A program made the position numbers and the translations under genes. Below the pieces are notes generated by a model. It was not told the DNA's origin. It saw nothing but the letters and a program-made list of their open reading frames with translations, and did no database searches. From Octopus sinensis (Eukaryota), in contig NC_043001.1 in NCBI RefSeq assembly GCF_006345805.1, forward strand, positions 59,334,001-59,398,000: a stretch of DNA of 64,000 bases, written 5' to 3'. This document shows positions 54,111-64,000 of this stretch, piece by piece. The number at the start of each line of letters is the position of its first letter. Position 1 is the first letter of the stretch.

Positions 54111-54351
54111 TGACCAGTAATAACATAATCCAATAACTAGTCTCACTCAACTATACTCTACTACTTAAATTTTTTTAACTTATCCCCCTTTGAATCAATC
54201 TATCTATATCTCGCGATATACTTATTTAATCATCTTTCTGACAACCCACGACCCGACACACCTATTCATATCTCACTCCTCGCTCTCTCTCTCTATTCCC
54301 CATCTCTCTCGCTCTTTATCTGTTTATCTATCAATTTCTCTCTCTCTCTGC

Positions 54352-54487
<136 letters not shown>

Positions 54488-55081
54488 TACACACACATGC
54501 ACACACATGTATATATGTTTGAATACATACGTACATAGATACATGCATGCAAACCAGCATCTGTACATTCATACATATGTACACATTTACGAATACTTTG
54601 CTTAATTTATCTATGTACCTATCTACCTGTCTACCTTCCAACTCACCTAACTAACTATCAAGCTACCCTTTTTTATCAACCTATCTATGTATATGTCTAT
54701 TAATCTATATATCTATTAATTTATCTCCCCCATTCCACATGTCCAAAAGTCTACCTTCGTCGCTTTGTCTATGAATAAGATTAAGCATTAAAAACAAAGC
54801 AAAACAAAAATAGCAACGAACACTTACTCTTTCGCTTGTCACTCTATTCTGATATATTGGATGATTTTCATATTCCATCAGTTGCGTTTAGTGTTTTTCT
54901 CTCTTTCATATCTCATCTTTTATTAAATATCAGTCTCTCACAAAACTATTAAGTATTTAAATACATAGACGCTATATTCAGACTTTAAATATCTTGGTTG
55001 AGTCACATCAATAAACATTGTCCACAATCGTATTTATGATATTTATGAATCCATGAATATGTGTGTATGTCTGAGTGTGTT

Positions 55082-55119
<38 letters not shown>

Positions 55120-55130
55120 CACACACGCGG

Positions 55131-55162
<32 letters not shown>

Positions 55163-55551
55163 ACTCATATACACACATGTATGTAAGTATATATGCATTA
55201 TAATTTTACTTTGTATAACATAAAAATGATGTATTTATATTTTTTAAACCTGATCAGGTTTATTATTTTAATATTCAAAGAATTATATAGTTATTTAAAA
55301 CAGGGTACATTAAAAAGGGAAATCTGAAGAAAGTCACATGTACTTCAATGAAAAATTATTCATATAGTCATATAGTGTATGTAAAATGCTTTTGTGGACA
55401 AAATTATATAATTTAATCAAGAATTATAGACCATATTTAATTCATTTAACCATAAAACATTGGAAGCAAGTAAAGGTAATACAGGCAATGTTATTAGATT
55501 TCCAAGAATATAATATAAATGGCATCAAAAGTTTGATTGATTTTACTCCCT

Positions 55552-56935
55552 CTAACGTAGCTTTAATTCATCCAGAAATTCAGCTGTGCCATGCAAGATC
55601 TTAAACTCGCATGCTGCATTATGATTTGGAATAGCTTCTAAAAGCTGCAATAAAGAACGAGTTATTCCACTGAATCTTTTAGGCATGTTCTCTGTTTTTA
55701 AACCGGTTGTAGATAATCATGTTATCTACACTTACGGTTAATACTTTGCTATTCTAGAAACTCCTTAACGTGCTCAGTGATAAGGCCTTCATTATCTGAA
55801 TTCAATAAGGATATCAGACGCCAAATCTATTATATCACATATGTCGCGTTACTTATACAAACGTTCTGCAATTGTTGTCTGTTTATCACGCAGTTTATGG
55901 TCTCCTCTTAACATTGTGGCAGAAATGGTACCAAACTGAAAATATATTGATGCAAGTGTTAATTTACTTGATACCTGTAAATTATTACTTGCATCATATT
56001 GTAATTTTTCCAGGATTCTTTGATATTATATTTCTTCTTGATATTTTATTACTTATCCAGAAGGAAGGACATTGTTTCTGTATGTGACAGGGTCTGCGAA
56101 GAGTATGAGTGGGAGTGATTAAGAATCATCAAACCGGACACTTCTCCGGCAGAGTTTCAGTCCAGTAAACTTTTAAGCGCGTGCAATGAAAGACAAAGTA
56201 TAGTCTTAAACCGGTTGACATTTCTACCGCAAAATACGGCGGGATTAGCACTCAGGACGCACAGATACCACAGTGTAACCATTCCAACTTGATGAGGACA
56301 GCTATTTCGTCACCTCTTCAACTGAGACTTCATTTGTTATAAGTATACAGTCAAAGCTTTGTTACAATGAAAACGAATTCCGTATGCTCGCACGTTTCCA
56401 TTTAATTGAGATTCGAATGGAGACCAGGGTTATTGTACAAAAGCATAATTCGTTGGGACCAATTTTTCATTTCATTACAGTAACGATTATAAGTAGGACT
56501 GAAATATTCAACGGTCGATTCATTAAACAAATTGTGTACGACGTAAGCTTTTCTGTTAAATTTCCATATAACGGACAAAACTGAGAGGTGTCTTTCATCG
56601 CATTTACAGTTTCAGAATAATAAATGAACTATAGCTTAACTTTCAAGTATCCAGTGAAAATTTAGGTTAACAATAACAGATATACGACTATTTACTCATT
56701 TACGTATGTAACATGTGATTAAAATGATTTAGGTGACTGCTTCAGAAATAGCTCATACTCGTCCCCATTGAAACTATATTATATTAACGTACTATGTTAT
56801 ATTCAAATTGTGCTGACATTATAGGCACAAACCCGATGTATTTCAAAAGCCATGTGTATTGTGTCGCTTCATATATCACTCAAAACCTTCATTTATACTT
56901 GAACTAGAAGGATTAAACCTTATTTCGTAAAGTAG
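55552..56935 (-). pseudogene. Possible heavily decayed intronless Mab-21/cGAS-like (cGLR) nucleotidyltransferase
   Basis: Ordered relics: SSSINEGF.SDI*SDTIHM (GSxxEG..SDxDxM-like), TGYLK, GP, NGYTVVSV, YTLSFIARA, VSSKLTLASIYFQFG, and an open last 54 codons. About 10 stops in the central frame; motif similarity judged by eye. Confidence 0.33.
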
Positions 56936-57856
56936 TCTACATTTTTACTTTTTTTTATAATTTTATTCAAATAGTTTTTACTATTTACTAACTAATCTTT
57001 ATTCTACACTATTAATTCACATTTAATATAAAATATGTTTTAATATACTAGTATTGACAGGGTTATATTATACACTAAATTATTAATTTTTATAATATTT
57101 ATTTGGATATGTTGAAAGATTTGATATGCTTATAATTTAATCGTTAATAAGTAGAGCATTTTCAATATATAACGCAATTGTACGTTAGGTATTTAATATT
57201 AAAAGAAATTTTAATTTGTAATTTTTATTTTTATTTTTCATATGATTTTTAACTTTTAATATTTAACTTTTACCCGGACGTAATAATAATATACATAGTT
57301 GAGGACGCACTGGGGTTTTTATGTATTAAGTATAGCCTTAATACACACCCAGCCAGCACAAAAACACGTGTAGCTATTGTACTACCATCTTGCTCCACAA
57401 ACTAATAATAGGTAAGACATATAAGTTTAATTAATTTTCTTGTATGTTATTTTAATCTTTCTATTTGATGTAATTTTCTCTGCGTATTCCATACCATGAG
57501 ATTATCCTGAAATAGGAGTTGTTTATCTATTGGTAAATATTCCAAATTTGTAAATATATACAATATTATAAAATATACTTTTTATATTTCATTAGAAAAG
57601 TGTAAAATAGTAAACGTCCTAATAACCCAAAATACTTGTTATTCCCATATATATTATATGTCTATACACACACACACAACCACACGCGTGCACGCACACA
57701 CACACACACATATATATATATGCATGCCAAATCTGCAGTTCTGACTCTATCCTATTCAGTTCTCCAAAACTCAGCAACTGGAGCACATTACGGTGTTAGT
57801 TACTTCCTGGAAACATTAAACAATTTAAAACTTTATGATATTTCAAATCTATATAT

Positions 57857-58070
57857 TTCATCAGTGGATATTTACGAAAACACCAAGTTCCCCACGCCTA
57901 AGAGTCACCCCGAAATGACAAAAGGCACTTTTCCCGACTTGCAAACGATTTATGCCATTAGTATACACATATATTAGCATGCATTCTTACTTCCATATGC
58001 ATCCGTACATGTATATTGCAATCAACTAAAACTGTTGAATCGCAGATATATACATATAGTTCATTAAAGT

Positions 58071-58071
<1 letters not shown>
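57857..58071. repeat. About 215-bp direct repeat, second copy at 62019-62235
   Basis: ttcatcagtggatatttacgaaa...gacttgcaaacgatttatgcc...gttcattaaagtt occurs twice, each followed by (CT)n. Confidence 0.88.
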
Positions 58072-58103
<32 letters not shown>

Positions 58104-58171
58104 ACCCTTTTTCCGTCTGCCTGCCTCTCCTTCTCTCCTCCTATCTCTCTTTCTCTCTCTCTCCCTTTCCC

Positions 58172-58214
<43 letters not shown>

Positions 58215-58220
<6 letters not shown>

Positions 58221-58990
58221 ATATACTGTATATGTGTGTATATATATAATACATATAATTATACATATACATATATATAGATATATCTGTGTGTGTGTGT
58301 CTATCTATATATCTATGCATATTGTATACATGTATGTATATATATAAATATATGCATGTATGTAGAACTTATATATTGTTGTGCCATTATGAATGTATAA
58401 GTTCATAACTAGACACGTATGTATTAATGCATTCGTGTGAATGCCTACATTTACCCATACACAGTCACACATTATATATTAATATGATATATAACAATAT
58501 ATTCACATATGCATGTACAGATATGAATACATACACGCACGCGCACAACACTCACACACATACATACGTACATATAATGTATTATTTTGTGTAAATTTCA
58601 ATTTATTTTGTTACGTTTTCCCATAACACAAATCTGGTGCGTATTCTTAATACGCAATTATAAGTCAGCAACGAAGATAAGATTTTAAGAAGTCTTGCCA
58701 GACTCTATAAAAGTATATGAGTTTCAAATCGTTTAACGGCAGTTAGAATCGGACGTGGTGCTGGTGAAAAGACGAATTTCTTGTGATAACGTTTAGAAGA
58801 GTAGTGGACTGAATAGGCGATAAATTATGAGAGGTTGAATGGAAGTCATTAAAAAAGATGTGAGGTAGGTGCGGCACACACATACACGTACACTTATATG
58901 TCATATACATACATATGGCATATATACACATACACATAAATGCTATGCATATGTATGAACATTTATACACATACACACACGTATATATAG

Positions 58991-59029
<39 letters not shown>

Positions 59030-59257
59030 ATGTATATATGTAAGTATATATATCTATATGTGTATATATATATATATATATACGATATATATATAGCACA
59101 TCTCTATTGTGTGTATTTATGTATCTATAGTGTATATATATATATATATATATATATATTGTATGTATATATGTAAGTATTTATATCTATATGTGTGTGT
59201 GTATATATATATATGTGTGTGGTGTGTGTATATAAATATATATATAATATATATATA

Positions 59258-59296
<39 letters not shown>

Positions 59297-60053
59297 TGTA
59301 TATGTTGTATATTATATATACATATATATTATACATATATAATATATATATCTGTGTGTGTGTGTCTATCTATATATATATGCATATGTATACATGTATG
59401 TATATATATAAATATATGCATGTATGTATGAACTTATATATTGTTGTGCAATATGAATGTATAAGTTCATAACTAGACACGTATGTATTAATGCATTCGT
59501 GTGAATGCCTACATTTACCCATACACAGTCACACTTATATATTAATAGATATATAACAATATATTCACATATGCATGTACAGATATGAATACATACACGC
59601 ACGCGCACACACTCACACACATACATACGTACATATAATGTATTATTTTGTGTAAATTTCAAATTTATTTTGTTACGTTTTCCCATAACACAAATCTGGT
59701 GCGTATTCTTAATACGCAATTATAAGTCAGCAACGAAGATAAGATTTTAAGAAGTCTTGCCAGACTCTATAAAAGTATATGAGTTTCAAATCGTTTAACG
59801 GCAGTTAGAATCGGAACGTGGTGCTGGTGAAAAGACGAATTTCTTGTGATAACGTTTAGAAGAGTTAGTGGACTGGAATAGGCGATAAATTATGAGAGGT
59901 TGAATGGAAGTCATTAAAAAAGATGTGAGGTAGTGCGGCACACACATACACGTACACTTATATGCATATACATACATATGGCATATATACACATACACAT
60001 AAATGCTATGCATATGTATGAACATTTATACACATACACACACGTATATATAG

Positions 60054-60092
<39 letters not shown>

Positions 60093-60117
60093 ATGTATAT
60101 ATGTAAGTATATATATC

Positions 60118-60159
<42 letters not shown>

Positions 60160-60184
60160 TCTCTATTGTGTGTATTTATGTATA

Positions 60185-60217
<33 letters not shown>

Positions 60218-60272
60218 TGTATGTATAATGTAAGTATTTATATCTATATGTGTGTGTGTATATATATATATG

Positions 60273-60359
<87 letters not shown>

Positions 60360-60361
60360 TT

Positions 60362-60400
<39 letters not shown>
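58215..60400. repeat. About 1.07-kb tandem duplication within an (AT)/(GT) microsatellite mosaic
   Basis: gaacttatatattgttgtg starts at 58365 and 59430; the unique cores differ mainly by 1-nt indels. Confidence 0.88.
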
Positions 60401-60411
<11 letters not shown>

Positions 60412-61126
60412 TATATATATATACACATAGATATAGATAGACAAATAGAGAGATTGAGTAATTGATTGATAGATAGATAGGTAGATAGATAGATACGTTT
60501 CCATACATTTGCAAAGTACGAATTACCTAAGGGAATATTACTCTTACAGTAGAGTCTCATATATGGCATACAGTGTTACCAATATATCTTTCTACAAGTG
60601 TTATTATCTAAATAATTTTGGGACAGAGTCTCCAGCATAGTTTCTCCATTGTAAATTACGAAATAATCAAGCGATTTGTCTTCAATGATCTAAAATAAAT
60701 GATCTAAAATAAAGAAGATAATACGACCAATAAAGAAAAAAAACTTACGACGCATTTAGGAAAATTGGACTAATTTCAGCGAATTCTATTAATCAAATCT
60801 TGAGAGAATATGTACGTTTTTCGTAGAGAAATATCGATAATATAGCGAAGCTAATTAACAACATGAACAATACCAAAGTCTTCATACCTCAGGGTTATGC
60901 TCTATATATTAAGCAGATATATTTTAGCGTCTCTTATATTAAATATGTAGAGTTTAAAAGTGGCTATCAATAAGAATAAAAAAAAAACAGAAATCAAAGG
61001 ACATATTTCCAATAAAATCAGTTGATCGAAATTTCTCGAATTTCTAGTCAATATTAATTTGATGATTTAATCTCGTCTTTATATTTCTATTGCTGGTAAG
61101 TGAAATCAGCATCGCTAATATTCCAA

Positions 61127-61170
<44 letters not shown>

Positions 61171-61270
61171 CATTCTTAGTCTTGCCAAGTAAGTAGAATA
61201 TGCTCCACTGATTTGTTCTAATAGGACCGAAACGTGAACATTGATTTCACAAATTGGCATGAAAGCAAGT

Positions 61271-62100
61271 CTAAGAGGTTGAGGAGGGGCAAAAGAGAAT
61301 GCTGATAATAATGGTGATCATGATTTTCTTGATGATGATTTTCATCATTATGATAATAGTTATTTTACCTAAATCTGAATTGATAATGAAATACATTGGC
61401 AACAGAAATCGATAGAGCAAAAGAGAATAGAGTTGAATAAAGAATGTATTTAGATCCCTCAAAAACACTGTTTCCAAAAAGGAATTACTTGCAACCCCCA
61501 GGAAAATTTCGTACGGAAAGCTAGTTATAGCAGCCAAACCTTCCTCATATCTGAGTCAGACCCCTTGATTAAAAGGAAATGTCGAATGATAAATTCCAAT
61601 GCTTTCGTTATGCATGAAATAATGATGTCTGGATTGTTCTGTCAGAAGTATATTCTGTCCGATTTATAAACAATAAAAAATTTTGATACAAAATTCACAA
61701 ACATCACCTCCCTATATATACTTTGATAATTTTGATGACTCAGCAAGGAAAGCTATTGATATTTCATGGACCATGACTTGTTCAAAAACCATGAACTGCC
61801 AAAAATAGCAAAGTAACGTCAGCAATTTACATCTTAACCTCTTGACAAGACTGAGTACAGTGGTAAGTGTCCCTGTCGATTTGCATTAGACTGGGTTGAT
61901 CATCGTTGACTGGCACACATAAAACCATAGGCCTTCTTGGAACAAAGCCGATATGCAGCTAAAGAAAAACAATTCAAGTATTCTTCCGACAAAAATGAGG
62001 ACTTATCTGACAAGAGTATTCATCAGTGGATATTTACGAAAGCACCATACAGTTTCCCAAGCATAAAAGTAACCCAGAAAGGACAAAAAGCATTTTCCCG
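61271..62100 (-). pseudogene. Stop-depleted hydrophobic reading frame, possible decayed multi-pass membrane protein or GPCR
   Basis: One minus frame has only 5 internal stops in about 275 codons and several hydrophobic stretches (KLLTLLCYFWQFMVF; GLAAITSFPYEIFLG; FFIQLYSLLLYRFLLPMYFII). No diagnostic DRY or NPxxY. Confidence 0.2.
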
Positions 62101-62232
62101 ACTTGCAAACGATTTATGCCATTAGTATACACATATATTAGCATGCATTCTTACTTCCATATGCATCCATACATGTACATTGCAATCAACTACAACTGCT
62201 GAATCGCAGATATATACATACAGTTCATTAAA

Positions 62233-62279
<47 letters not shown>

Positions 62280-62735
62280 CTATCTGCCTTTATCTGTCTG
62301 TCTGTCTCTCCTTCTCTTCTCATGTCTTCAAATTTTTTAATATATTGTGCAACAACAAATGACTAAAGCGTTGCATCAATAGAGGTTTGATCCAGGTACT
62401 AAAAACCAGAAAGTGCATACACGTACATAATTTATACAAAACATATGATTTAACTAAGACCAACATACACTTACAGATAATCGCGGTGGAAAACTTTAAA
62501 CACTTATTTGACTGTTAAACGATACAAATAAATATACCTCAGGTAACAGCATAACGTTTTGATAAAGGAAGGATAGCTCATATAGCAAACTTGAAGACAC
62601 GCCATGTCTTAAAATAATATACGGGTGTAGTATTGTTTTAAGGTAGGTCATCACAACGAGTCAAACTTGGAAATAAACAGCAGCAACCAGTTACATTTGT
62701 TTGTAACTACTACAAAAATATAATGTATATAATGC

Positions 62736-63152
62736 TACTCTTTACTCTTTACTCTTTTACTTGTTTCAGTCATTTTGACTACGGCCATGCTGGAGCACCG
62801 CCTTTAGTCGAGCAAATCGACCCCGGGACTTATTCTTTGTAAGCCCAGTACTTATTCTATCGGTCTCTTTTGCCGAACCGCTAAGTAACGCTGACATAAA
62901 CACATCAGCATCGGTTGTCAAGCAATGCTAGGGGGACAAACACAGACACACAAACACACACACATATATATATATATATACATATATACGACAGGCTTCT
63001 TTCAGTTTCCGTCTACCAAATCCACTCACAAGGCATTGGTCGGCCCGGGGCTACAGCAGAAGACACTTGCCCAAGATGCCATGCAATGGGACTGAACCCG
63101 GAACCATGTGGTTGATTAGCAAGCTACTTACCACATAGCCACTCCTGCGCCT
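62736..63152 (-). mobile_element. SINE family 1, full length
   Basis: Head aggcgcaggagtggctatgtggtaagtagc through the TAAAAGAG-type tail on the minus strand. Confidence 0.94.
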
Positions 63153-63748
63153 GTTAAGAGAAAATTTATAGAAACTAATACTTCAATCCTCTTGAGAATT
63201 ATTCAATGGACATTTTCCACAACATTTTTTTTAAAATCACCACCTAAAACAACAAAAACTTAAGCAAATCTACCATCATCAGTTGCAACCACCATATTGC
63301 CAGTATTCCCACAATTCCGCAATTACAAGTCACGTCAACACCACCACCTTTAACTCCACTCCGTTTACATCTCATTAACACCGACACATTGCTGTTCCGT
63401 TATAGTAGTTTTAATGTTTTGCTTTTAAGTAAACACAGCATCGCCTGTAGTCTGCCTTTAGGAAATCTTACAGGAGCACGATGACTCATGAGGCTCCTTA
63501 CATTTGAAAGAAATAAAGGCAATTTCAGAAAATACTTTAGTCCGCAATACAGCTCTAGAGATATTTAATTCTCTTATTCACCATCTATATTTTAAATAAT
63601 GTTATTTCAAACTCACAATTTCTGAAAAGTGTCTTGAAAATTCATTGAAAGGTTTTTGTGTAGCATTTCTCTCTTTATTTAAAAATATATTGACATAATA
63701 GTTTTTTGTCTCAGTATACGTTTCAGTAATAATAATAATATTAATAAT

Positions 63749-63815
<67 letters not shown>

Positions 63816-64000
63816 GGAGGAAAATCTATTTACTCATTTCGCATTTACTATTTAAATACATTTCCCTTCGGACTTTCAAGCAGCGAAACAGCGTTCAAAG
63901 AAAACTTCTCACCCCAAAATATGAATAAAATAAAATTTAATTATTACAGAGAAGGAGGAGGTAGGAGGGACAGATGAAGAAGAAGAAGAAGAAGAAGAAG

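Overview
AT-rich (roughly one-third GC), microsatellite-saturated eukaryotic DNA. The simple-repeat load and the tRNA-derived SINE families look like an Octopus-type cephalopod genome; this is inference from pattern recognition, not a database result. I cannot support any intact host protein-coding gene, and most ORFs in the track are read-throughs of (AT)n, (TAA)n, (GATA)n or (CA)n repeats. The window is mainly a transposon graveyard. It holds at least four Penelope-like elements (PLEs), four R4/Dong-like REL-endonuclease LINE pieces (three abutting TAA/TTA repeats), a CR1-like LINE 3' end, a Tx1/L1-like remnant, a DD37D-like Tc1/mariner plus a partial copy, a Tigger/pogo remnant and many SINEs. 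Best second-look items: (1) a minimal hammerhead ribozyme with a compensatory U3-A8 core in a PLE terminal repeat, one copy of which interrupts the element's own ORF; (2) a 1.39-kb insertion stitched from two nearby templates, splitting a SINE and flanked by a 12-bp duplication; (3) a PLE whose reverse transcriptase (RT) has a long insertion between motifs A and B', the position of the telomerase insertion-in-fingers domain (IFD); (4) a SINE/LINE shared 3' stem-loop with covariation; (5) several long fold-back palindromes; (6) weak decayed cGAS-like (Mab-21) and GPCR-like coding remnants at 53-62 kb. Coordinates were counted by hand and may be off by a few bases.
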